NCBI GenBank assembly: GCA_041596615.1
Contig: JBFHIG010000001.1
Span: 5,262 to 69,261, forward strand
DNA from: Candidatus Moraniibacteriota bacterium
GTDB lineage: Bacteria; Patescibacteriota; Minisyncoccia; Moranbacterales; DUUL01
Length of the DNA stretch: 64,000 nt
Reading direction: 5' to 3'
Shown piece after piece: positions 9,247 to 18,600 of this stretch. The first letter of the stretch is position 1; the number at the start of each line of letters is the position of its first letter. The notes under the pieces were generated by a model. It was not told the DNA's origin. It saw nothing but the letters and a program-made list of their open reading frames with translations, and ran no database searches. Both the position numbers and the translations under genes were made by a program.

Positions 9247-9648
9247 ATGAAACAGGAAAAACCAGAATACAAGTTGTTTGACGCAAAAGGTCAGATCCTT
9301 GGAAGATTTGCTGTCAAAGTTGCAAAATATCTTGCTGGAAAGAATGAGGTGGACTATACGCCAAATATTGGTGGGAAAGGTTGGGCTATTGTTATTAACT
9401 CAGATAAGGTTCGACTAAGCGCAGAGAAGGCTAAGAAAAAGATTTATTGGCATCACACAGGATTCCCTGGGGGAATTAAATCCGCTACTTTTGAGGAAAT
9501 GATGATAAAAGATTCAACAAAAGTTATAGAAAAAGCTGTTAAAGGAATGATGTCGAAGAATAAACTTTCTGCAGCTGCTCATAAGAGACTAAGAATTTTT
9601 AAAGATGAAAATCACTCTTATGCTAAACAACTTGAGCAAGCAGAGTAA
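9247..9648 (+). CDS. rplM: 50S ribosomal protein L13
   Basis: LFDAKGQILGRFAVKVAKYLAGK...YWHHTGFPGG is an L13 core. The ATG at 9247 is preferred over the track start at 9193, which overlaps rplQ. Confidence 0.9.
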   Translation: MKQEKPEYKLFDAKGQILGRFAVKVAKYLAGKNEVDYTPNIGGKGWAIVINSDKVRLSAEKAKKKIYWHHTGFPGGIKSATFEEMMIKDSTKVIEKAVKGMMSKNKLSAAAHKRLRIFKDENHSYAKQLEQAE

Positions 9649-9667
9649 ACAATAATTTAGAATATCT

Positions 9668-10075
9668 ATGGTAAAAAAAGCAGACCAATATTATGAAGGA
9701 ATCGGCAGACGAAAGTCGGCTGTAGCAAGAGTTCGAATTGTTGAAAGCACAAAAGGGAACGAATTCCTCGTAAATGAGAAAAAATATGAAGAATTTTTTA
9801 ATACAGAAGAGCTAACTGTTGCCGCTATAGCTCCTATGACTGCAACAGGAACAGAGAAGAAATTTTCAGTTTCAGTTTCAGTGAAAGGTGGAGGAATCAG
9901 AGGGCAAGCAGAGGCTACTCAACTTGGACTTTCGCGAGCTTTAATTAAGTTCAACGAGGAATTCCAAAAAACTCTTCGAGATCTCGACTACTTAAAAAGA
10001 GATCCAAGACAAAAAGAAAGAAAGAAGCCAGGATTGAAAAAGGCTAGAAAATCTCCACAATGGAGTAAGCGTTAG
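9668..10075 (+). CDS. rpsI: 30S ribosomal protein S9
   Basis: YEGIGRRKSAVARVRI...GGGIRGQAEATQLGLSRAL...KKPGLKKARKSPQWSKR is canonical S9. Confidence 0.95.
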   Translation: MVKKADQYYEGIGRRKSAVARVRIVESTKGNEFLVNEKKYEEFFNTEELTVAAIAPMTATGTEKKFSVSVSVKGGGIRGQAEATQLGLSRALIKFNEEFQKTLRDLDYLKRDPRQKERKKPGLKKARKSPQWSKR

Positions 10076-10109
10076 TTTGAGATTTCTAAGTGAATATTGA
10101 TGATGAAAA

Positions 10110-10132
10110 ATCGCCTTTAAAGGCGATTTTTT
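10110..10132 (+). terminator. Rho-independent terminator after rpsI
   Basis: ATCGCCT / AGGCGAT 7-bp stem, 4-nt loop, followed by TTTTTT. Confidence 0.7.
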
Positions 10133-10271
10133 GATTGATAAAATTGTTGCAAAAAAATTGTTGGAATAGTAAACTGTAAATACAAGAAATGTTGTTCAGT
10201 GATGAACTTTTAGCAATCCTAAAATAGTTTGCCCTGAGTTTTAATTAAGTTGCAAAATAAACAAATAATAA

Positions 10272-12797
10272 ATGTTAAGAATATTTAAAAAAATAATGCT
10301 AAACAGAGTCATTATTATTTTTTTAGTAATAATGACCTTGGGAATATTTTTGAGAGTAAATAAATTGGGAGAGCAATCCTTTTTTGCAGATGAGTTCTTG
10401 GGGATTAATATTGCTACAGGGTACAATAAAACGGGAGAATGGAAATATTGGGAATTTAATACAAATACGCTTAGTGACGAGGTTTACACAAGATCGAATG
10501 TTTATTATTGGCAAGTTGCAAAAGTGTTTGATTTTTTGCCGACATCTGAAGAGACTGCTAGACTTGTAAGTGTTGTTTGGGGAGTGATCGCAATGATTAC
10601 ACTATTTTTTGTGACTTTTTTTGTGACAAGAAACTGGACAATTGCACTTATAGCACTCTTTCTTTCTGCTGTTAGTATTTCAGAGCTTATATATGACAGA
10701 AAGTTGAGAATGTATTCTATGTTTGCCCCGGTTTATCTTTGGCTTTCCTACGCAGTTTATAATTTCCTAGAGTATAAAAAAAGTGCTATCAAGATTCCTT
10801 TTTTAAAAAAATTGTGCAAATATAAAAAAGATAAACAGCAAACTTGTTTCGTGGAGAGAATTTTCCAAAAAACGGGGTTGAACTGGGCTTGGTTCTTGCC
10901 GGCCCTACTTTTGGGATATTTGTCTTTGAAGGTACATCTTTTGACAGTGAATATTCTACCAACAATTTTAGCCTACTTAGTGGTCATGGGCATTTACTTA
11001 GCTATTAGCAAAAGGCAAATCAAGAATCGCTATTTAATTTACATAGGGATATTTTCTTTATCAGCAGTCCTCTTTTCTGCTGGTGCATCACTCCTGAAAA
11101 ATATTCCAATCATTGGTTACGTTATCGATAATGCTATCGGAGGATTGGCTGGTGTTAGCTGGGTGTTTCATTGGACATATTTGCAAAAAGTTACTCTTGA
11201 TTACAGCTATATTCTTCTGGGACTCTTTTTTATAGTTATTGGGGGGTATTTAATGATAAAAAAATATGATAAAATAGGTCTTTGGACGGTATTATCATTT
11301 TTAGTACCATTGTTGCTAGGGATTTTTTCCTGGAGACGAAATGTTGGGGATCAATATATATATTTTACACAACTTTTTAAAGTAATGATTGTGGCATGTG
11401 GAATATATTTTTTCTCAAAAAAAGTTTCTAGTTTATTCAGTGCAGATAAAAAAGTTTTTCCGGGAATTATTTCTTTAGTCTTACTGTTTATTATTAATAT
11501 ATCTTTCTTTTACTCCGGAGAAGGCTTTTATAAAAGTCCTAAGAGTTGGGAGTACACAAACTATAAAGAAGGTTTTAAATATTTTTTAAAAAACAAAGGA
11601 GAAGATGCTATCCTTATTACAAGACCGTTGTCTAACTATTACCTAGAGGGAAGTAATACCAACATTCTTACTTATAACGATGATAACGAAATAACGCCAA
11701 CAAAGATATTTCAAGCACAAAATAAACACGATGAAGTCTGGGTTATTTTTTCAAAAAACACGAATATTCAAGGAGACGCAAGAAGGTTGATGGAGAAAGA
11801 GTTTGAGCTTATCGAGACTCAATATACAAACCAAAAATTAAATATTTATGTTTGGAAAAAGAAACAGGGGAATATAAAAATAGGTTTTATTACAGATGCG
11901 CATTGTCTTGCTAAGCAAAACAAATTAACTTTAGATTGGGACTTAAGAAGAAGTTGTGAAGAACCATTGAACTATTTTGTAAATAAAATGAACAATGACT
12001 TTAAGCCGGACATAGTCATTAATGGTGGCGATTTCGTTGATGGTGGTGATGGCAATGCCGTTGGAGATTTTATCAAAGCAAAAAAGCTTCTAAACAAATC
12101 AACCGCACCTGTTTACGATGTTTTGGGAAATCACGAAGTGAATAAATTTACAAAAGAAGAATGGTTGAAACTGACCGGAAATGAAAAAACTTACTATAAA
12201 GTTGATACAAATGGTTTTAGAATAATAGTTCTGGACGGTAACTTTACCCCTACCGGAAAAGAAACCGGACCTGATAATTCCTCTTATCCTGGAAGTATAA
12301 ATCAAGAACAGTTCTTGTGGCTAGAGAAAACGCTGAAAAGTGCAGATGGCTTGCGTAGCATCGTATTTATTCATCAACCACCAATAGAAACTGACAATAG
12401 GGTGCAAAACAGACTTTTTGTTGATGCTGAAAAATTAAGAGCACTATTTTCAGAATATAACGTCGAGGCTGTTTTGGCGGGGCATATCGAAAGATATTGC
12501 AAAATGAATTTTGGGACTGATACCGACTATTATGTTTTACAAGGTTTCTGGAAATCCAACAAAGACTTGAAAGAGGAGTTTCAATACAAAAAAGGAGCTG
12601 TTTTCAGTGAGATAACAATAGGCGGGGAAATTGAAGTAAAGACTTATTATACAGACAAAAATGGGGTAGACTATAATTCTTTTGTGATGAACTTAGATAA
12701 CTCTAATTGTTTAAATGGCGGGACCGTTATTCCCGAGGAGCTTAGAGAGGATTTCAAGGAATATGAAGACGTGGACCAAATAGAAAGTATGGAATAG
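10272..12797 (+). CDS. Fusion protein: N-terminal polytopic GT-C-like (ArnT/PMT-type) membrane domain plus C-terminal calcineurin-like metallophosphoesterase
   Basis: About 12 hydrophobic spans, with a first-loop acidic motif FFADEFLG. The C-terminus has the full MPE motif set: ITDAHC, GGDFVDGGD, LGNHE, FIHQPP, AGHIE. Confidence 0.6.
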   Translation: MLRIFKKIMLNRVIIIFLVIMTLGIFLRVNKLGEQSFFADEFLGINIATGYNKTGEWKYWEFNTNTLSDEVYTRSNVYYWQVAKVFDFLPTSEETARLVSVVWGVIAMITLFFVTFFVTRNWTIALIALFLSAVSISELIYDRKLRMYSMFAPVYLWLSYAVYNFLEYKKSAIKIPFLKKLCKYKKDKQQTCFVERIFQKTGLNWAWFLPALLLGYLSLKVHLLTVNILPTILAYLVVMGIYLAISKRQIKNRYLIYIGIFSLSAVLFSAGASLLKNIPIIGYVIDNAIGGLAGVSWVFHWTYLQKVTLDYSYILLGLFFIVIGGYLMIKKYDKIGLWTVLSFLVPLLLGIFSWRRNVGDQYIYFTQLFKVMIVACGIYFFSKKVSSLFSADKKVFPGIISLVLLFIINISFFYSGEGFYKSPKSWEYTNYKEGFKYFLKNKGEDAILITRPLSNYYLEGSNTNILTYNDDNEITPTKIFQAQNKHDEVWVIFSKNTNIQGDARRLMEKEFELIETQYTNQKLNIYVWKKKQGNIKIGFITDAHCLAKQNKLTLDWDLRRSCEEPLNYFVNKMNNDFKPDIVINGGDFVDGGDGNAVGDFIKAKKLLNKSTAPVYDVLGNHEVNKFTKEEWLKLTGNEKTYYKVDTNGFRIIVLDGNFTPTGKETGPDNSSYPGSINQEQFLWLEKTLKSADGLRSIVFIHQPPIETDNRVQNRLFVDAEKLRALFSEYNVEAVLAGHIERYCKMNFGTDTDYYVLQGFWKSNKDLKEEFQYKKGAVFSEITIGGEIEVKTYYTDKNGVDYNSFVMNLDNSNCLNGGTVIPEELREDFKEYEDVDQIESME

Positions 12798-12825
12798 TGT
12801 TGTTACTGAAAATGAACTCAAAAAA

Positions 12826-12854
12826 ATCCTTACTCTGAAAAGAGTAAGGATTTT
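12826..12854. terminator. Bidirectional rho-independent terminator
   Basis: ATCCTTACTCT / AGAGTAAGGAT 11-bp stem, GAAA loop, A-run on the left and T-run on the right, between convergent genes. Confidence 0.75.
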
Positions 12855-12898
12855 CTGAATTAGTAGACCATCAAACAACAATTTAAGAATATTTATTT

Positions 12899-13504
12899 TC
12901 AGTTTATTTTTTTCACGACTTTCTTGAACACTTCTTCGGGCGAATCTTCTCCATTTATAACTTCAATTTCCCAGTGCTTTATGAATTTATCAAAAATATT
13001 TTGCTTGTCAATTAGAAATTGCTTTCCTTGTTCAATTTCCCTGTCACGAGAGATTGCAATCTCCGGGGATACTTTTATAAAAAGAGCAGTGTCCGGTCGT
13101 TTCATTAACCTTTGGGTAATTTTCTGCCAAAGAGGAACAGCTTCTTGCTCGACAGATTTCTCAAGGTAGCGAATATTTACAATCTGGTCATAAAAATATC
13201 TATCTGTTAGAACATAGTCATAAGCATCATTCATTTTAAGAACATGTATGAATTGAGAAAATCTGAAAGCGTCAATCATTAAGGCAAATTTTCTTAACAT
13301 AATAGCAAAGGGAGTGGCACTGGTGACTGCCTTGGCTGGCTTAGAGACTGAGCTTTTCTTAATTAGATATTTATTTGCGATAGAGAAATTGATGATGTGA
13401 AAGAAATACACTCGTTTCTTTTCCCCTTCCAAATATTTTTTGAGTTTCTCTAGTTGAGTTGTTTTTCCACTGCCATCCAATCCTGAAATAGTAATAAGTC
13501 TCAT
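12899..13504 (-). CDS. Thymidylate-kinase-like P-loop kinase
   Basis: ISGLDGSGKTTQ P-loop in Tmk-like context and a DRY motif (LTDRYFYDQ). The lid region is divergent, so the substrate is uncertain. Confidence 0.55.
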   Translation of the reverse strand: MRLITISGLDGSGKTTQLEKLKKYLEGEKKRVYFFHIINFSIANKYLIKKSSVSKPAKAVTSATPFAIMLRKFALMIDAFRFSQFIHVLKMNDAYDYVLTDRYFYDQIVNIRYLEKSVEQEAVPLWQKITQRLMKRPDTALFIKVSPEIAISRDREIEQGKQFLIDKQNIFDKFIKHWEIEVINGEDSPEEVFKKVVKKIN

Positions 13505-13515
13505 AGAATGAATTT

Positions 13516-15024
13516 TTAAGCCATTAATACTGCCACGGGCATCATTTTTACTACGGGTTTCATGATTTTATTTGCTTCCATACCAGAAATTGCTAAAGAA
13601 GGGTCTTTGTAATGTGAGGCATCTTGATTTTCGATACCTTTAGAAGTTGCATTATAGAGACGCACTTTTCGCGCCTTCATTTTCTTCATCAATGCTTCAC
13701 GATTTTCTGGTACCTCTGAGGTCTTTGTTTTTGACTTTCCTGTGCCGTGGGCAGCACTAAAGAACGTTTGTTCGTTTTCATCAGTTCCTACTCCAAAATA
13801 GGCCTCTGTGCTCATAGAGGAGGGCATGAAGATTGGCTCCCCGGTTTCCTCGAACAACTTGTGGCCTTTCATTCTTTCTGGGCCATATGCTCTTGTCGCA
13901 TTGCTTCGATGGACTATTAAATTTTCCCCAAAATGTTTCTCTTTGGTTGCTGAAACATGAGTCATGTCATAAACAAGCTTTAGGGCATTATCTTCCCCAA
14001 GGATTTTCTTGATTGCCATTTTTAAATTATGTTGTAAGAGGGTTCTATTTGCAAAACCATGGTTTGCGGCAGCCCGATGCGCGTTGAAATAGTTTTTTCC
14101 CAGTTCTGAATTTGCTTTTATCTTGAAAAAGTCATTCGAATTGCTGTATTTAGGGATGGCATTTTTTAGGGTTTTGTGCCATTCAGTCTTATTGTCTAAA
14201 AAAGTGAATCTCCCCAATTCAGAAACCATTTTTTGACTTAGATGTTCTTTCTTTTTAGGGGTGTAGAAGTAACTTGCGTATTGGCCAAAAAGTCCTGATC
14301 CGGTATGCATTAAAAATACGTATTGATCTTTATGCAAACCAAACTTAGAAGCTAAATTTTCATCAACAACCTCAGTGATTCTCATTAGATCCAAGAAATG
14401 ATTTCCAGCAGCACCCAAAATCCCTGTTCTTAGTTGGGCGATTCGAAAAAATATCTTTGGAATTGCTTTGTATAAATCTTTCTCGGTTATTTTTTCATTC
14501 TCGAACATATTTCCCTCATGCAAGATTCTATTAATCTCGCTGGTATCTTCTTTTAAATATTCCAACAGAGCGATACTCCCACGGATTGAGATGTCAACAA
14601 TGACTTTGTATGGGAGGTATGTCCCCATATAAGTTTTTGTAGGGATTACCTTGATGAGTTCTTTAAAAAGTTCATCTATTTTGTCCTCTGACAGGTCGTT
14701 TTTATCAAAAGGAGTTGATATTAAACGCATTCCACAGTTTGGAGCAGTATCTAGCAACTGTGGCATAAAGTAGTCTTTTGTTGCAACAACAGTCCCGGAA
14801 GGGTTTTTTCTTCCAGGTTTTTGGCAGACATCTGTTAGTGCTGAAACATGATGATATACCTCTTTGTTTTTTGCAACTTCTGCAAGTTGATCTATTGTTG
14901 CTTGGTCTGGCATTAGTTCATCAGAAACCCCGAAATCTACAGAGTTTTTTCTTTCGGCTGTTGGTTCTAATACTTGTTTGAAATTGGATATTTTTTTAAC
15001 TTTATTCATATATTCTTTATTCAT
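13516..15024 (-). CDS. RtcB-family RNA ligase-like protein (divergent)
   Basis: RtcB signature blocks present: PNCGMRL (canonical D-I-N-C-G-V-R), HTGSGLFG (HSGSRG), AANHGFANR, AAHGTGKS (HGAGR nucleophile His). The first metal motif reads TDVCQKPG, where I recall a PD.H.G-type motif (from memory, unverified). Confidence 0.7.
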   Translation of the reverse strand: MNKEYMNKVKKISNFKQVLEPTAERKNSVDFGVSDELMPDQATIDQLAEVAKNKEVYHHVSALTDVCQKPGRKNPSGTVVATKDYFMPQLLDTAPNCGMRLISTPFDKNDLSEDKIDELFKELIKVIPTKTYMGTYLPYKVIVDISIRGSIALLEYLKEDTSEINRILHEGNMFENEKITEKDLYKAIPKIFFRIAQLRTGILGAAGNHFLDLMRITEVVDENLASKFGLHKDQYVFLMHTGSGLFGQYASYFYTPKKKEHLSQKMVSELGRFTFLDNKTEWHKTLKNAIPKYSNSNDFFKIKANSELGKNYFNAHRAAANHGFANRTLLQHNLKMAIKKILGEDNALKLVYDMTHVSATKEKHFGENLIVHRSNATRAYGPERMKGHKLFEETGEPIFMPSSMSTEAYFGVGTDENEQTFFSAAHGTGKSKTKTSEVPENREALMKKMKARKVRLYNATSKGIENQDASHYKDPSLAISGMEANKIMKPVVKMMPVAVLMA

Positions 15025-15052
15025 TTTTAAGGTTGCTTATCTAAACAAACGG

Positions 15053-16237
15053 TTATTCCTTTTCTTTCAACAGTTCATTGTAGACTGTTTTATAGTTTTT
15101 CACAACATTTCTGATGTCGAAATTGTTCTGCACATATGTTTTAGCGCTTTTGGCTAATCTTTCACGTTCGTCTTTGTTTCTGACTAACCTTAGGATAGAG
15201 TCTCTTAATTGAATGGGCGCCCCCTTCGAAACAACAAGCCCAGTTTTTCCATTGTTGACAAATTCCGTAAGAACATCAATATCTGAAACAATTGTTGCTT
15301 TCTCACACGCCATAGCCTCGACAATGGCGAGTGGAATGTCAAATTTTCCAGCCATTTCTTGGGCAGGAAAAATATTGATATCGGAGATGTTAAAAAGCCT
15401 AGGCATGTTCTCAACAGTTGAAAGAAAAACAATTTTATTTAAATATCCTTCTTTTTTTGCATGTTCCTCAACAAGTGCTTGTTTTTTAAGATCTTCTTGC
15501 GATTTTATTCTGCAAGCTAAAATAAGTTTAAGTTTTTCAGCTTCTTTTTTGTAATCTTGGAATATTTGCTCAAATGCTGAGATAATATCATCAATTGCTT
15601 TAAGTCTTGTGTATTCTCCAGCGAAAAGAACAACAATCTCATCTTTTTTTATACCAAGTTCCTCAAGCAACTCCTTGTTTTTTGGTTGAGGAAAATACCT
15701 TTCAAGATTAATTCCCGGATAAATCACTTGAACATTATCAATGCCAGCATTTTTAAGTTTACTTTCAGTGACATATGATTGAGCGATAATTCGATCAGCG
15801 AATAAAACTTTCTTTAATAATTTAGTATTTTTAATGGTTTTATCATCGATAGTTGCCAATGTTTGAATGGTTTTGACTTTGGAAAAAAGCAATCTAAATC
15901 TAAACAAATAAGATGTTAGTGGGCGAGGAGTAAAAAGAAAATGAACAAGATCAGTGCCGAGTTCTTTTCTTAGCAATCTTCTTAAGAGAGATTTTTTCGC
16001 CTTTGATCCAAAAGAAGCTGAAGAAAAAATTGGTTCAGCTGTTAAAGAATTGTTTTTTGCCAAGTAGCTTTTTTTAATTGCAAGAGCATACTCCCTTGTG
16101 GTTAGAAGGTGAAAATTAAAAGTGCCATCAGAGTTTATGGCAATATCATAAGCAAGGCCCTTGGATGCTTCGTCCCAAGGTGGGGCTATTGGGCGAGTGT
16201 ACATTAGAATGTGTTTTTTGTTATTCTTTGCTTTCAT
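15053..16237 (-). CDS. Glycosyltransferase, GT-B fold, family 4-like
   Basis: C-terminal E-x7-E-type region: FPAQEMAGKFDIPLAIVEAMACEKATIVSDI...GKTGLVV. Confidence 0.8.
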   Translation of the reverse strand: MKAKNNKKHILMYTRPIAPPWDEASKGLAYDIAINSDGTFNFHLLTTREYALAIKKSYLAKNNSLTAEPIFSSASFGSKAKKSLLRRLLRKELGTDLVHFLFTPRPLTSYLFRFRLLFSKVKTIQTLATIDDKTIKNTKLLKKVLFADRIIAQSYVTESKLKNAGIDNVQVIYPGINLERYFPQPKNKELLEELGIKKDEIVVLFAGEYTRLKAIDDIISAFEQIFQDYKKEAEKLKLILACRIKSQEDLKKQALVEEHAKKEGYLNKIVFLSTVENMPRLFNISDINIFPAQEMAGKFDIPLAIVEAMACEKATIVSDIDVLTEFVNNGKTGLVVSKGAPIQLRDSILRLVRNKDERERLAKSAKTYVQNNFDIRNVVKNYKTVYNELLKEKE

Positions 16238-16652
16238 TTTGTAGTTTAATTTGTTTTTTTAGAATTTCTTTATTTTTTCCATCAGGACCCCACTTAATTG
16301 TGATTTTGTATATATTTAAATCATCTTCTGAAAGTTGTGTGAGGACCTCCTCACTGCTTTCAATTGTAAGTGATTCTTTGGATTTGATGAGATATTTTTT
16401 TGAAGTGACTTCTTTGTCATTTATGGAAGTTGAAACATTGTATTCAATGTCGTTTTTTTCTAAGTTTTCTATTTCAAAGGTTAAAGCAGAAGGATTACCT
16501 CCCCGGATGATATTAGAGGAATTTATGAAACTGAAAATGGAATATCCGACAGTGGCCTTGTTGTTGATTGTTGCTTCTCCATACCATAACAAAAACGTTG
16601 TTGATGCGAGAATAGCGATGAATATGTAAACCAAAAAAGAGTTAATTTTCAT
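16221..16652 (-). CDS. Signal-anchored small protein, unknown function
   Basis: 143 aa with an N-terminal TM (FLVYIFIAILASTTFLLWY). Overlaps both flanking genes by 11-17 nt, which suggests translational coupling. Confidence 0.5.
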   Translation of the reverse strand: MKINSFLVYIFIAILASTTFLLWYGEATINNKATVGYSIFSFINSSNIIRGGNPSALTFEIENLEKNDIEYNVSTSINDKEVTSKKYLIKSKESLTIESSEEVLTQLSEDDLNIYKITIKWGPDGKNKEILKKQIKLQNESKE

Positions 16653-18591
16653 TGTATTTTTTATAAATTACAACATTTGAAGAAGTGTATATTTTTGAGA
16701 ATGTTTCTGATTTATCAAATTGAGCAGTATCAAAGCCCTTTTTTAAAACTATATAACTAACACCAGTTTCTTTAAAACATTTTTCCCCTATCTCTGAATG
16801 CGGAATAGCAATCATGTCTCGTGTACAAGTCTCTCTCTGCTTCACTGAATCATCGTATCTCATTAGGTATGATCTGGAAAGGGGGTATGTATAATCTTTC
16901 ATGAAGAATAACTTCATCCAGGTGTCACCTTCAAGATAGATGTGATCCTTGAGAACATTCTCACTTTCGTTAGCAATGCCATTTAGGTATTCAGAGGCTT
17001 TGTATGTTTGAATAACGGCACGTTCTTTGGAGGTATCATTTTTTCTTACGGAGTCTGAAATATCAGCAAACCCAGAAATCATTCCCGTTCCCATAACTAA
17101 GAAAAAGATTATTTGTGCAATCATGGGGGAGCTTTTCCTGAAGAGTTGCTGAAAGGTGAACCCAACAAAAAAAGCGCTTAAAATCGTTAAGGGGAAAGTT
17201 ATATAGCTAACGATTCTGCTGGAGATGATATCGACTTTTAAAAGTTCTGGCTTTGCACTCATTAGTAATATAATAAAGAACCATGAAAGCGTAAATGAGG
17301 TTGAAACAAGGAAGGGTATTGTTCTCGATGAGATCTCTTTGGCAAAATTTTTAAAAGAAATAATGATTAAAGTGAAAGCGCCAAGAAGCCCGTAAAAAAA
17401 CTTCCAGGCACCAACACTAAGAATAATCGCTCCGAAAGGAAGACCGACACGAGTTGACTTGCTTGGCGCACCAACTGCTGTGTCTATAGCTGTTTTATTT
17501 AAGTATGAGGGCATGTGAACAAAGATCATGAATCCAATAATTAAAAACAAGGTAGCCAAGTTCCATTTCGTGAGGAAAATTTGTAGGTAGGGACTGAAAT
17601 CCTTTAATAGTTTTGAAAAATTAAACCGATAAGTGAGAGCTAGTAAAGACAGAAAAATGACAAAAAAACCAACAAATACATAAAGAAAAACAAAGGTTGA
17701 AAGGTGATGAGTAAAGCCAAGGCCTGCCAAGGAAATATAAAAAAGGGTTGCCACACGCGAGTCTTTGTTCTTAATTGCCAATAGAAATAAATAAATAGCA
17801 AAGGGTATAAATAGATTGCCAATTAGATTCCCAATAACACCGCCCGCTATAAATTTTGCCTGAGGTGATGACGTTGCATAGAATGTCCCAGCAACAAGAA
17901 GCGCAAAAATGGCTGAATTACTGGCAATCTTTTTGGTGGAAAATTGTAATGTTAAATAATAAGCGCATAAGGCAATCGCCAACAAGGATAAAACGTTGAC
18001 TAGAAACAGAATTGAAACGGATAATGCGCTAATATAAGAAAAGCCACTTAAGAGCTGGATTACCGCAAAAATAATATGTTCTCCAATGATAAAATCAGGC
18101 ATTCCGTAATCAGGTAATTCACCGTTTTGTGAGATTGTTTTTGACCAATAAGTGTGGTGACCAAGGTCTGTTGTTTGAGGGATAATCCCATCAGAAATAT
18201 AGAAAACTCTAATTATACAACCCAAGATTATTATTCCAAGAATAAGGGCGAATTTTTTTCTCTCGAAGCCTTTAAAAGAACTGAGGGTGTTCTCCACGGA
18301 AACTTCTTCTTTTCCTTTGGAGCGTTTGCTTTTTGACAATAAATAAAATGTAAATGAGAAGATTGACAAAGAGCCCAGTATCGATAAGGCAGTTATTTTT
18401 ATGGATAAAAAATCCATTAGAATAATTAGAAAGTCTGTAACAATAAGGCTAAACCCGAACGAAAGAAGTAACCACTCCATTATTGAAAATTGTTTGGAAT
18501 GTTGCTTCAAAAGCGCCTTTACAAAAAAATACCCTGGAATAAAAAGAGCTATTGCTGTGGCTATGTGAAATTTTATCAAAAGAAAAATCAT
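16642..18591 (-). CDS. Polytopic integral membrane protein with a C-terminal soluble domain (possible GT-C-type transferase or polymerase)
   Basis: 649 aa with at least 12 hydrophobic spans followed by a ~140-aa hydrophilic tail, sitting between two glycosyltransferase genes. The function is inferred from context only. Confidence 0.4.
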   Translation of the reverse strand: MIFLLIKFHIATAIALFIPGYFFVKALLKQHSKQFSIMEWLLLSFGFSLIVTDFLIILMDFLSIKITALSILGSLSIFSFTFYLLSKSKRSKGKEEVSVENTLSSFKGFERKKFALILGIIILGCIIRVFYISDGIIPQTTDLGHHTYWSKTISQNGELPDYGMPDFIIGEHIIFAVIQLLSGFSYISALSVSILFLVNVLSLLAIALCAYYLTLQFSTKKIASNSAIFALLVAGTFYATSSPQAKFIAGGVIGNLIGNLFIPFAIYLFLLAIKNKDSRVATLFYISLAGLGFTHHLSTFVFLYVFVGFFVIFLSLLALTYRFNFSKLLKDFSPYLQIFLTKWNLATLFLIIGFMIFVHMPSYLNKTAIDTAVGAPSKSTRVGLPFGAIILSVGAWKFFYGLLGAFTLIIISFKNFAKEISSRTIPFLVSTSFTLSWFFIILLMSAKPELLKVDIISSRIVSYITFPLTILSAFFVGFTFQQLFRKSSPMIAQIIFFLVMGTGMISGFADISDSVRKNDTSKERAVIQTYKASEYLNGIANESENVLKDHIYLEGDTWMKLFFMKDYTYPLSRSYLMRYDDSVKQRETCTRDMIAIPHSEIGEKCFKETGVSYIVLKKGFDTAQFDKSETFSKIYTSSNVVIYKKYNEN

Positions 18592-18600
18592 TGAAATTTT

